From a virus (taxonomy: Duplodnaviria; Caudoviricetes): DNA of 64,000 bases. Where the stretch lies: IMG/VR virus record IMGVR_UViG_3300029288_000115, positions 32,163 through 96,162 of that record; one strand, written 5' to 3'. The translations under genes and the position numbers were made by a program. This document shows positions 30,728 through 39,606 of the stretch, in pieces (position 1 is the first letter of the stretch; every line of letters starts with the position of its first letter). The notes below the pieces were generated by a model. That model worked only from the letters and a program-made list of their open reading frames with translations, was not told where the DNA came from and made no database searches.

Positions 30728-30856
30728 TATCTTCTACCTCATACTCATTACCACAACGCAAACATTTATAATACGATTCACACTCAAAAATATCTACTAA
30801 CTCTAATTCTCCAGTACAATCTGGGCAATATTTCATTCTACCTCCAAGTTTAAAAC

Positions 30857-31087
30857 CAACCTCGGCGGGATTCGAACCCGCTACGATTTTTTAAGGATGT
30901 CTCGTAACATCTGCTGTCTAGGTCCACTCGAGATTTGCCAATTAAATCTAGTACATTCCTGACCCCAAAGCTGTAAGTCTTATAGCTGTAGATCGCGGCA
31001 TTTCGTTTTGACATACGAAAGAGAAATGTATGCGCTCCATATTTAACATCCCAAATTTTCCACGGTGTTCCCAGCCACCACAAGGTT
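30857..31087 (-). ncRNA. tRNA-like RNA with about 180-nt structured insert in place of the anticodon/variable arms
   Basis: Acceptor AACCUUG/CGAGGUU, U8-G9, D-arm GUG-GCUGGGAA-CAC, T-arm GCGGG-UUCGAAU-CCCGC; no encoded CCA. Confidence 0.7.
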
Positions 31088-31122
31088 AGCAATAACAATA
31101 GAGTTTAGTTTATTTTTATTTG

Positions 31123-31530
31123 CTAATTGCCAATGGGTATCGCTAATCCAGCATAAACGCCATACATCCAAGCATCATTACTATCATCAAAATCTCTTGC
31201 ACCAAAAACCCCACCGCTAGTATATTTCAATAACTGCCAATCAATTCCAAAATATTCCGCAACTTTCTTGGCATCTACAGATAGTCCCAACAAGGGTAAA
31301 GTCTCAGTACTATCACCAATCACGCCAGCCTCTAAACTTAAAACCTTATAAGATACTATTGGTATAGTACCCCCAGCGTAAGTTTTCTCACTGTTAAAGT
31401 CATAAAATATGGCAGCTTTAAGTTCAGTAAAGCCAGTTTCAAGTCGTATCTCTTCACAAAAACCCTTTCCAGAAAAGATACATAAGCCAATCACCATAAC
31501 CAATATCGGTAAATAGACTTTTAACTTCAT
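31123..31530 (-). CDS. Secreted protein, possible small outer-membrane beta-barrel
   Basis: Signal peptide followed by amphipathic Gly/aromatic beta strands. Confidence 0.5.
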   Translation of the reverse strand: MKLKVYLPILVMVIGLCIFSGKGFCEEIRLETGFTELKAAIFYDFNSEKTYAGGTIPIVSYKVLSLEAGVIGDSTETLPLLGLSVDAKKVAEYFGIDWQLLKYTSGGVFGARDFDDSNDAWMYGVYAGLAIPIGN

Positions 31531-31931
31531 AACTAATCACCTCCTTCTTGGTATATTTTTAACTTTCCAATTATATTTTCGTAACAAAGCTAAACCGTCA
31601 TTATTAACACTATAACCTTTCTCTAAAAGTTGAATTACAAGACTTAATTGCTTTCTACCTAAGATAATTAACTGAATTGCGTTTGAATATAAATTCTTCT
31701 TTGCTATATTTAACATCCATAAAATCGTAGTCTTCATATTAATTATCAAATTTCTCTAGGGGTCTCGGCATACCCCTATGTTGTATTTTTACCACCAAAC
31801 GTTATGGTATACAATTTGCCCTTCCTCTATCATATCTTTCACGAGATTTGATATGAACCGGCCCTCTTTAATTATCTAAAAATAGTACAAACTAAAGTCC
31901 CATCCGTTGATTTCCCTCTACCAAGCTTTAT

Positions 31932-32414
31932 CTACTTCTTCTTGACACTATGTACTACCGCAATGTGCCCATTGGGTAAAGATACTAAATAATGCAAATG
32001 CCTAAGCGCCTCTAAGCTATGAATGTCCTGTCCTTTTACCACACCAATTACTCCCTTGTAAAATCCCTCTTCCGTTATAATAACTTCATCATTGTATCTT
32101 ATACTCTCTCTTGGAATAACAACAGACGACTTATCGTTTTTTCGTTCTAAGTCTGTTTTTATAGCGAGATCCCTGTAATTTCGCCCTGTTACTATAAGGT
32201 CAACCACGGTATTCGAAAATAATAAAGCTCGTATAGTATTCCAATCAAAATCAAACCCTTGTCCTTTATTATCTAACACGTTTACAATAAGCATATCCTG
32301 TGTTTTATTCACCACAACACATAAATGCCATAAGAAAGGTTTTCCAATTCCTTCGAGATAAATTTCTACTTCATCCCCAATTCTCATAACCTCAAGATAC
32401 TCTTTAAGTTTCAT
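31932..32414 (-). CDS. Hypothetical protein (possible KOW/SH3-like C-terminus)
   Basis: DEVIITEEGFYKGVIGVV motif. Confidence 0.5.
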   Translation of the reverse strand: MKLKEYLEVMRIGDEVEIYLEGIGKPFLWHLCVVVNKTQDMLIVNVLDNKGQGFDFDWNTIRALLFSNTVVDLIVTGRNYRDLAIKTDLERKNDKSSVVIPRESIRYNDEVIITEEGFYKGVIGVVKGQDIHSLEALRHLHYLVSLPNGHIAVVHSVKKK

Positions 32415-32625
32415 TTCTTTGCTCCCTTTGTATCTCCCTTTTCAAACGCCTTTAAGATTGCATTAAAATTTTTACGAAGTTTCTTATCATCCATAATGCC
32501 CTGATATTCAAAGTGATGGGGCAATCTAATTTTCTTATGTGTTATATTCTCAACCACTTTAGCCAAACCATATAAGAGTTCATTCATAAACTTTGATGGT
32601 ATCATGTCATAAGTCCCCTCTCTAA

Positions 32626-33042
32626 CTACTTAAACTCAAAATGTCCTGGGTCAAAAGGTACTTTCCAACTACCCCCCCAAATATTTCCACGCCTAATCCA
32701 CTCTTCTCCAAGGGCTTTATATGGGGCTTCATGGTATTCTAAAATTCTTTTTCCAGATACGTAATATAAATCAAAAGCCTTCCCAAGAGGGTGCTTTGCC
32801 TGTTTGCCCCTTACCGTAGTCCGCTTAGATCCTTCTTCAAATAATCCATCTTGCTTAGCGTTACTTCTTATAAAATCGCCAAGAACCAATTGCCACTTAG
32901 AATACTTTATTCGACTCCAAATAATCAACGACATAGCATCAAGTTGCCGCTCAATACCACTCAAAGTTAAAATTTTCTCTAATTCTTTTGGTAATATATA
33001 TTTAAAAATCTTATCAATAAAAATTGCAAAAATTTTATCCAC
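32626..33042 (-). CDS. M15-family peptidase, probable endolysin
   Basis: R...Q, KHPLGKAFD, WGGSW, DPGHFE. Confidence 0.85.
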   Translation of the reverse strand: MDKIFAIFIDKIFKYILPKELEKILTLSGIERQLDAMSLIIWSRIKYSKWQLVLGDFIRSNAKQDGLFEEGSKRTTVRGKQAKHPLGKAFDLYYVSGKRILEYHEAPYKALGEEWIRRGNIWGGSWKVPFDPGHFEFK

Positions 33043-34186
33043 TTATCTCTATCCTCTCTATCTTATCTGAATCTGGATTAAAACTCATCAATATTTGTGA
33101 CAAATCCAGTATCTTTCCAATCCTCATCGCAAAATCTTTCGCATTAGCACAAGTTATAACCTGATTCTTATATGTAAAGTAATATCCATTAGCCATATGA
33201 TCTAAACAAGTTATAACTAAAAACTTTCTTCTTATATGTCTAATATGATAGTCTTTCTTCATAGCATATTCTAATAATGAAACATCAAGCAAGGCTCGTC
33301 TAAATTCTCCCTGTCGTGTATTATCTTTGTTCGTCTCTTCTGGGTCAAAAACAATATTGAGAGGCAAACATCGATTAGACATAAACCCATTACCATGCCG
33401 AGTCTGATAGGCCCTAGTTACTAAAAATAAATCCATATCCCCAGAACCTAATAATTCAATAGCATTTTTACAACCAGTATCGGACCGGGTCACATTAGGA
33501 AAAAATCCAAAATGTTGATCTAATAATAAACCCTGCGACCCTTCAAATATATAACTATCAAACTTAGGTAAACCTAATACCAACCTCACCCAATCCGCAT
33601 TTTTTAATAGATCACAACAAGCCAAAAATTCTTTTCGTGTTTCCAGAGTAATAAAACAAGCGCTATCATAGTAATCATTAATAGCCTTCAACTTAACTGA
33701 AAAAATTTCTGGATAAAATAAATCCAAAACAGTTAAAGAATAAAAACCCTCTTCCCGTTCAATTGTCGTTCCAAAACCAACACCACAACTTCCATGTTCA
33801 AACTTCGATTCATTCCTACAATTCTGTAATTTATCGGCGGGGGTGGTTATTGGGCAACGCTCATCTAAATATAACGTGGGCTCAATACCTTTCTCTTTTA
33901 GTATTCGAAATTCCTTAATCAAACCAACAGGATCAACAGTACAATACTTCGACCAATACGTAGGTCTTCCTCTTAAAGTTCCTGACCCAAAATTGGCGAA
34001 AATATGCCTTAGATCTTTTATAACAACAGTATGTCCACACTGATGTCCACCACTAAATCGAACAACTAAAGGATTCAGATTTCTGGCGATAGGAACTGTA
34101 TGAGCTAAATAATCTACTACCATTCCCTTACCTTCATCACCAAATCCAAGACCGATCACCATCGTATTAGAATGATATTGTGTCAC
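33035..34186 (-). CDS. Adenylosuccinate synthetase-like protein (divergent PurA family)
   Basis: GLGFGDEGKG, RFSGGHQCGHT, GSCGVG, FEGSQGLLLD, TRHGNG. Confidence 0.85.
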   Translation of the reverse strand: MTQYHSNTMVIGLGFGDEGKGMVVDYLAHTVPIARNLNPLVVRFSGGHQCGHTVVIKDLRHIFANFGSGTLRGRPTYWSKYCTVDPVGLIKEFRILKEKGIEPTLYLDERCPITTPADKLQNCRNESKFEHGSCGVGFGTTIEREEGFYSLTVLDLFYPEIFSVKLKAINDYYDSACFITLETRKEFLACCDLLKNADWVRLVLGLPKFDSYIFEGSQGLLLDQHFGFFPNVTRSDTGCKNAIELLGSGDMDLFLVTRAYQTRHGNGFMSNRCLPLNIVFDPEETNKDNTRQGEFRRALLDVSLLEYAMKKDYHIRHIRRKFLVITCLDHMANGYYFTYKNQVITCANAKDFAMRIGKILDLSQILMSFNPDSDKIERIEISG

Positions 34187-34191
34187 AGCTT

Positions 34192-34458
34192 TTATACCTC
34201 TAAGAAATAACGCTTTGTTTTAGTTTTCTTATCAATTCCATATTCTACTAATATTTTCCAAGATGTAGATAAATGACTTATTATGGCTTTAGTGTATCTT
34301 TTACGAGCATTATTATGTAAAGTCACGTTACTCGTTCCTCGCACCCCATTAGTAGGTATATCATATTTAAACTGTACCGTCTTTAATACCTTATTTAAGT
34401 CTTCTTCGCTCGTTATGCCAATAATCATTTTTTTCTTCTTATGCAAAGAGTTTTCCAT
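34192..34458 (-). CDS. Hypothetical basic protein
   Basis: ORF with AAGGAG RBS. Confidence 0.45.
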   Translation of the reverse strand: MENSLHKKKKMIIGITSEEDLNKVLKTVQFKYDIPTNGVRGTSNVTLHNNARKRYTKAIISHLSTSWKILVEYGIDKKTKTKRYFLEV

Positions 34459-34564
34459 ATCATCATTCTCCTTATATTATTGTAGAAGCTTCACTCTGGT
34501 TTCCTTCCATAATCAAGAAACCAAACTGTACATCGAATATTAGAGCGCGTCAGAGCAGCTTTAT

Positions 34565-35398
34565 TTACAAAATAACTTCGGCTTCCGTCGGATTTTCAGG
34601 AGACAACCTGCTCTTAATTGTCTCAGTTATAATTCTCGACACATCATCATAATGCTGAGCAACTAATAAATTATCACCAAGCAACTGTCTCCAAGTATCA
34701 AAAACCACCGCTCTAGCTCCAGAACCGGTTTGCTGAATATTTATATGAAATACATTAAAAGTCTTCCGAGCAAGATCCAATAGTATACTGGCATTAACGG
34801 TTTCATGTAGCCCCACTCCCATAATCTTTTCAAGATTAGAGTTCGGAAGTTCTTTTAATGGAGGTTCATCTCCAATAGTAAACAAAAACCCCTTCTGATT
34901 CCTTTTCTCAAAGCAATCAAGAGCCGTATGCTTTGCTGCAAAATACCAAGCAAGTAGATAACTTTCGCCATAATTTCCACCACCCCCACCCTCTAAATAA
35001 ACCTCAGTTAACCACTTATCCAACAACTCATCACTAGATTCAAACTGTGCAACCTGCAAAGGTGCTCTATCACATTCATGATCCCCTATACCCATAAACA
35101 AAATCTGTGGGTCTTTAATTCCAATCTTCATTATTCCTTCCATAATATTAGGTAATCCATCCTTAACTAAATGATGAGGTACTGAGCCCATCGAACCTGT
35201 AACATCCAAAGCAATAATTATCGCCAAACTGTTTGGGTGCTCTTTTGAATCTCTTGACTCTCTAATTTTTATGCCAAAAGGATTCATGCCATTATTAATA
35301 CTTCTTTGAGCAAAAACCTCCGAAGTAGCTTTTGCATCATAGCCTAAGGTTTCTCGACGTGCCGAATGGCTCGTAACCGAATATATCCCATATCCCAT
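34565..35398 (-). CDS. vWA-domain protein
   Basis: MIDAS motif LDVTGSM, GIGD, EGGGGGN..ESY, TIGDE. Confidence 0.85.
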   Translation of the reverse strand: MGYGIYSVTSHSARRETLGYDAKATSEVFAQRSINNGMNPFGIKIRESRDSKEHPNSLAIIIALDVTGSMGSVPHHLVKDGLPNIMEGIMKIGIKDPQILFMGIGDHECDRAPLQVAQFESSDELLDKWLTEVYLEGGGGGNYGESYLLAWYFAAKHTALDCFEKRNQKGFLFTIGDEPPLKELPNSNLEKIMGVGLHETVNASILLDLARKTFNVFHINIQQTGSGARAVVFDTWRQLLGDNLLVAQHYDDVSRIITETIKSRLSPENPTEAEVIL

Positions 35399-35778
35399 TA
35401 TTTACCCCCAAAAAGATAAGCGTATCTTTTCTTAGCAATTTCAAGTTTGATTTCACTGTTTCGTATCTGAATGCCTAATTCAAGGTCTTTATCTGTATAT
35501 TGTCTAGAATCAAACTTATCAGCAACAATTAAACTTAGAGCATTATCAGGAGATAAATCTAACATATTTTCTTGCTGTCTCAACATTCTTTTAATACTAA
35601 TTTCTAAATCTTCAATGGTTCTTTTATAGGTTATCTCAGCCTCCTCTCCAATTGCTTGCGCCCTATCCTCTCTAATTTGCTTATTGTTTCTCTTTAAAGA
35701 AGACAAAAAAGCACCAGTAATAGACTGTTCTTGTTCTGCTTCATGATCCGGACTTTCTTTCTTTTTTTCTTCCGCCAT
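35398..35778 (-). CDS. Coiled-coil protein coupled to the vWA gene
   Basis: TAATG overlap with vWA start; heptad-like sequence. Confidence 0.6.
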   Translation of the reverse strand: MAEEKKKESPDHEAEQEQSITGAFLSSLKRNNKQIREDRAQAIGEEAEITYKRTIEDLEISIKRMLRQQENMLDLSPDNALSLIVADKFDSRQYTDKDLELGIQIRNSEIKLEIAKKRYAYLFGGK

Positions 35779-35822
35779 AACTGCCTCCTTTTTGTAATTG
35801 GTTTAAATGTTCTCATTAAAAG

Positions 35823-35988
35823 AGGGCTCTGAGGGATTCGAACCCTGTTCGACCTATGGCTTTTTATTTTGTTATTCCTATCCCATTATTTATGGTCTTG
35901 GATAGTCAATTACTGTTAAGAAAATAGGAGTTTATCCCTATTTTGAAACAGATATTAGCGCCAGCGTTCCCAGCTGCCACAGAGCCCC
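35823..35988 (-). ncRNA. Second tRNA-like RNA with about 115-nt structured insert
   Basis: Acceptor GGGCUCUG/CAGAGCCC (8 bp), UG, D-loop GCUGGGAAC, T-arm AGGG-UUCGAAU-CCCU (4 bp); no CCA. Confidence 0.7.
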
Positions 35989-36075
35989 TTCATTTCAACT
36001 TATTATAAGCCCGTCTCAAGCCGCAGTTATATAACCATCCCAATATCCCTACCAAAGATTTCTTTTTCATAGTTA

Positions 36076-37071
36076 CTAATCAGTTATAACAATCTCCTCT
36101 GGTTCTGCTGTACCCGAATGCTTTGGTGCAAAGCATATGGGACAACGAGAATCTTTATCATATTGAATAATACTATCACCAACTTCCAATAATCGATAAC
36201 GACCCGAACCCAAAGTTTTATTTGCTTCCAGAGTTAAATCAGCCACTACATCAAACCAATCAAGCTCTTTTAAATCTATTCTTTCTGCCCAAGATTTCCA
36301 AAACTTTTTCAAAAGACTTTCCGAATACTTCGAACCAAGAGCCATAGCAATCTCTCTGACTGCATTTACTCTTTTTCCAACTTTACCTTGAAGCCAAGTT
36401 ATCATTCCCAAACCAGACTCTAACAATTTTTGATCTCGTAAAAAATCAAAATTGTCACTATCCCAAAGTCTTAATGGTTGAATCAAACCATTTGTACATT
36501 TTAAACGATTAATTCCCACAGCAAATTTTACTTTATCTCCTAAAGAAATAAATAATCCAGGATCAATAAAGTCCCCAACTTTAACCTCCTTCCTTAAAGA
36601 TTCCACCAAAAGTTGAAGCTCCAAATGCCAATTATCACTACCAATAACCACAGACTTAAATAATGAACTTGCTTCAGAAAGCCTTGCTTCCTTAACAACT
36701 CTTTCCAACGATACTGGGGCCTTCTCAGGGTCCAAATAAATTCTACTCCTTAACGTTAGCCATTCCCCAGAAGTACTTTCGTCCTTAATTGCATCAAAAG
36801 TCATGACAGAACCTTCTTTATGAGCATAGTACTTTCTAAGCGCGCATTGTAAATCTTTTACCTCATTCGTTTCCAAAAGCATCCGACCATAGTCGCCTAA
36901 AGGGCCTATCATCTTTCTGGTGTCAAATATAAAATTAATATCATCTACCTCTCTAGAACTTTTAAAATCTTCAGAAATATGTAAATCCTCAATAAGATCT
37001 ACCATCTCAATTACATGAGATCGAACATTTTTCTCTAAACTTTTTCCTTCCAGTCTTAACCACTTAACCAT
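36076..37071 (-). CDS. DUF932-like protein
   Basis: GINRLKCTNGLI motif. Confidence 0.5.
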   Translation of the reverse strand: MVKWLRLEGKSLEKNVRSHVIEMVDLIEDLHISEDFKSSREVDDINFIFDTRKMIGPLGDYGRMLLETNEVKDLQCALRKYYAHKEGSVMTFDAIKDESTSGEWLTLRSRIYLDPEKAPVSLERVVKEARLSEASSLFKSVVIGSDNWHLELQLLVESLRKEVKVGDFIDPGLFISLGDKVKFAVGINRLKCTNGLIQPLRLWDSDNFDFLRDQKLLESGLGMITWLQGKVGKRVNAVREIAMALGSKYSESLLKKFWKSWAERIDLKELDWFDVVADLTLEANKTLGSGRYRLLEVGDSIIQYDKDSRCPICFAPKHSGTAEPEEIVITD

Positions 37072-37088
37072 CTTTTCCTCCCTTCAGT

Positions 37089-37556
37089 TTATTTTTCCCA
37101 CGGAAATTGCACCCAACAATTTTGTGGAACGACTAAAAATGAACCTCTCTCCAATATATAGTTATCCAAGATACCAGATAAACCTCCAACTTTAATAATA
37201 GGAGCCCAGATATTAATTCGACTAGTGCCTCCTGCCTGCAATATTCTAATTACTGTTTCCATAGTACTTCTGGTATCGATAATATCATCAACCACTAAAA
37301 TCTCCTTACCCTTAAAATCAACAAAACTTAGATCCATTGGATCAACTTTCAAAGCCTTCTTCTTCTTCTGCTCGGCATAACTATTAACCCTACACCAACA
37401 TATAGGTAACTTTAAAATATTTGCAACAACTAAAGCCGAAAGAGCTCCTCCATTTAAAACTCCTACAACTTGGCTCCAATTACCAGAATGAAGACCTTGT
37501 GCCATTCTTTCTATATCTTTACAAAATTCCCATCCTAATACTAACCTCTCCTTCAT
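37089..37556 (-). CDS. Type I purine phosphoribosyltransferase (xanthine-guanine PRT-like)
   Basis: GVLNGG, ILVVDDIIDTRST PRPP loop, C-terminal WVQFPWE. Confidence 0.85.
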   Translation of the reverse strand: MKERLVLGWEFCKDIERMAQGLHSGNWSQVVGVLNGGALSALVVANILKLPICWCRVNSYAEQKKKKALKVDPMDLSFVDFKGKEILVVDDIIDTRSTMETVIRILQAGGTSRINIWAPIIKVGGLSGILDNYILERGSFLVVPQNCWVQFPWEK

Positions 37557-38194
37557 ACCTTTCTCTCCTTATCACCAAAAATTTCCATATGCAACCTTGG
37601 TGAATATCTTACCTTTGACTTTAAACAATATTCCCAAACTTTCTGCCTTATAGATAGGTCTCGCTGGAAGTCTCCTGTCGTTAAGGGCATTACCATAGTA
37701 GCATAAGATAACAAGTCTACACCTACATTCTCCAAGTCACTTACCACTTTTATATCCATTCTAGGGTCTTTGCCCAAATGTGCTAAATATTGTGCCACTC
37801 CCACCTCTTTTGGCGAAAAACAAATATATCTAAACATTGTAAATAAATACTGAATTGGGATTTTTCCAGAGGCCACCAAGTCGCCATTTGACTCTAAATG
37901 CCACATCTGCTTATAGTGCCTTTTTCTTTGCCATAACTCTACCAGAAATTTAAACTGCAATAAAGGTTCTCCTCCAGTAAATAAAACATATTGACCAGCA
38001 TAATCTTCAATATCTTCTAAAAGAGCATCTAAAAAAATCTCCTCATAATCTTTATGATAAGCCGTATCACAAAAGTCACAATTCCTTGTACAACCAGATA
38101 ATCTAACAATCAATACAGGACAACCAGCCCAAGGCCCCTCACCTTGCAAAGCCTGATATACCTCTACAATCTTTATCTTCGTATCCATTTTCAT
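37553..38194 (-). CDS. queE: 7-carboxy-7-deazaguanine synthase (radical SAM)
   Basis: LQGEG, RLSGCTRNCDFCDT, FTGGEPLLQ, ESNG, SPK, PRLH. Confidence 0.92.
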   Translation of the reverse strand: MKMDTKIKIVEVYQALQGEGPWAGCPVLIVRLSGCTRNCDFCDTAYHKDYEEIFLDALLEDIEDYAGQYVLFTGGEPLLQFKFLVELWQRKRHYKQMWHLESNGDLVASGKIPIQYLFTMFRYICFSPKEVGVAQYLAHLGKDPRMDIKVVSDLENVGVDLLSYATMVMPLTTGDFQRDLSIRQKVWEYCLKSKVRYSPRLHMEIFGDKERKV

Positions 38195-38526
38195 AATCCT
38201 TCCTTATCTATAGAAGCATCCAAGGACTCTAAAAAGAGATGTTTACAACGTTCCTTCATCTCAACTCTATCTAAAGGTTGCTCAAAATAACGTATCAAAA
38301 TCGTGCAAGATATCACAGCCCATCGCACAACATCCTCAAGCATCTTCACCAAAGCTTTAGAAACATCAAATCTATGCTGATAGCAAACTAAATAGGCGTG
38401 GGCCTTGATTACAACCTCAGATAAAACTATATACAAATTATCTATCGTAACTGAAGCCTTAATTACGAATTTATCTGAAGCTCCAAAATTAGGCTTACTT
38501 GGCAATTTAAAATTCATAGCATGCAT
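38191..38526 (-). CDS. Hypothetical protein
   Basis: Coupled ORF. Confidence 0.5.
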   Translation of the reverse strand: MHAMNFKLPSKPNFGASDKFVIKASVTIDNLYIVLSEVVIKAHAYLVCYQHRFDVSKALVKMLEDVVRWAVISCTILIRYFEQPLDRVEMKERCKHLFLESLDASIDKEGL

Positions 38527-38550
38527 CTCTCACCTAAAACCCCTATAAAG

Positions 38551-39606
38551 CTATTCAGAAAGGCCTTCGGGGTCTTCCGCTAATAAAGTGTCTCCATCCA
38601 CCTCAAAAGGGTGTATTTTTCCCTCATCAATTAACTTTAAAATCTCCTCATATCTACTTTTAACTTCTTCTTTCTTCATCTTATCAGGAAATCCTGCAAC
38701 CTGATAGTGCCCCCCAGATCCTCCACGTATAAAGCCCTCTATCTTCAAGGTATCAAAGAGATAACTATAAAGATTAATACCACTCTTAAATAATATAACT
38801 AACAATGTAGTCTTAAATGGTTCAATTATTCTATTCTTAGTCACAGAAATTTTACTGCGTACCCCAACAATCTTTTTGTTAGGGTCATAAAACTTAGCCC
38901 GTAACTCAATTAGCAATCGAACATAGGAATGAAACTTTAAGCCGCCCCCACCCGAAGATAGCTTCATGGGGAATCTTTCCCCAATAACATCATACGAATG
39001 ATTATTAATTACATATAGACAATTAGCCTTCTTCACATACTTCTGAATCAATCTCATAGCTTTCCTAATCTGCTTAGCTTTCGACAAATCAACCTTATCC
39101 ATTCCCGCCTCAAGCTCATGACGCGTTGATAAAGCCCCAATACTATCTAAGGCTATAATCATAGGCACTTGAGAACCAGAAGCTATCTTCTCTTCCAGAA
39201 TTTTTTGAACCCTTTCAAAATGCTGCTCAACAGAATCAGAGGGCTCATCAGGTACCCAAATCCTCTTCAAATCCACCCCAACCGACTCCGCAAATCTTGG
39301 TAATAAAGAAAATTCCGGGTCATCATACCATACTAAACCCTTTAATCGCTGGATCTCTGCAAATAAATGATACAGAAGTAAAGACTTCCCAGCTATCGGA
39401 TCACCATAAATTTCAATTATTTTCCCTAAAGGTAATCCCCCAAAGAACTTCCCAGAGATTATGTAATTCAGCGTATAGCAATGCGTACTAATAAACTCCA
39501 AAGGGCTTATATCGACACTTGCAAGTAATCCTTGCTCTTTTAAACTTTGTTCAAAAGTTTTTGCCACCATTTTTAAACCTCCTACTCCTTTAATCCAGCA
39601 AAACAA
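38551..39606 (-). CDS. uvsX: RecA/UvsX recombinase
   Basis: GLPLGKIIEIYGDPIAGKS, ALDSIGAL, SGGGGLKF, KNRI..PFK. Confidence 0.9.
   Translation of the reverse strand: MFCWIKGVGGLKMVAKTFEQSLKEQGLLASVDISPLEFISTHCYTLNYIISGKFFGGLPLGKIIEIYGDPIAGKSLLLYHLFAEIQRLKGLVWYDDPEFSLLPRFAESVGVDLKRIWVPDEPSDSVEQHFERVQKILEEKIASGSQVPMIIALDSIGALSTRHELEAGMDKVDLSKAKQIRKAMRLIQKYVKKANCLYVINNHSYDVIGERFPMKLSSGGGGLKFHSYVRLLIELRAKFYDPNKKIVGVRSKISVTKNRIIEPFKTTLLVILFKSGINLYSYLFDTLKIEGFIRGGSGGHYQVAGFPDKMKKEEVKSRYEEILKLIDEGKIHPFEVDGDTLLAEDPEGLSE

Noticed and set aside
30857-31087. Canonical tRNA or tmRNA (also 35823..35988)
   Set aside because: No identifiable anticodon arm, no G3:U70 alanine identity, no CCA, and no group I P7/J8-7 core that I could recognise.
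30850-31098. 82-aa ORF in the track
   Set aside because: Coincides with the tRNA-like RNA, has a TTG start and no RBS; likely spurious.
33035-34186. PurZ (2-aminoadenine genome)
   Set aside because: Retains the PurA-type catalytic Asp (GDEGKG) rather than the Ser of PurZ; no DatZ recognised.
36000-36035. Twister-like GUCUCAAGC motif
   Set aside because: On the non-coding strand, with no P4 stem or pseudoknot partner.
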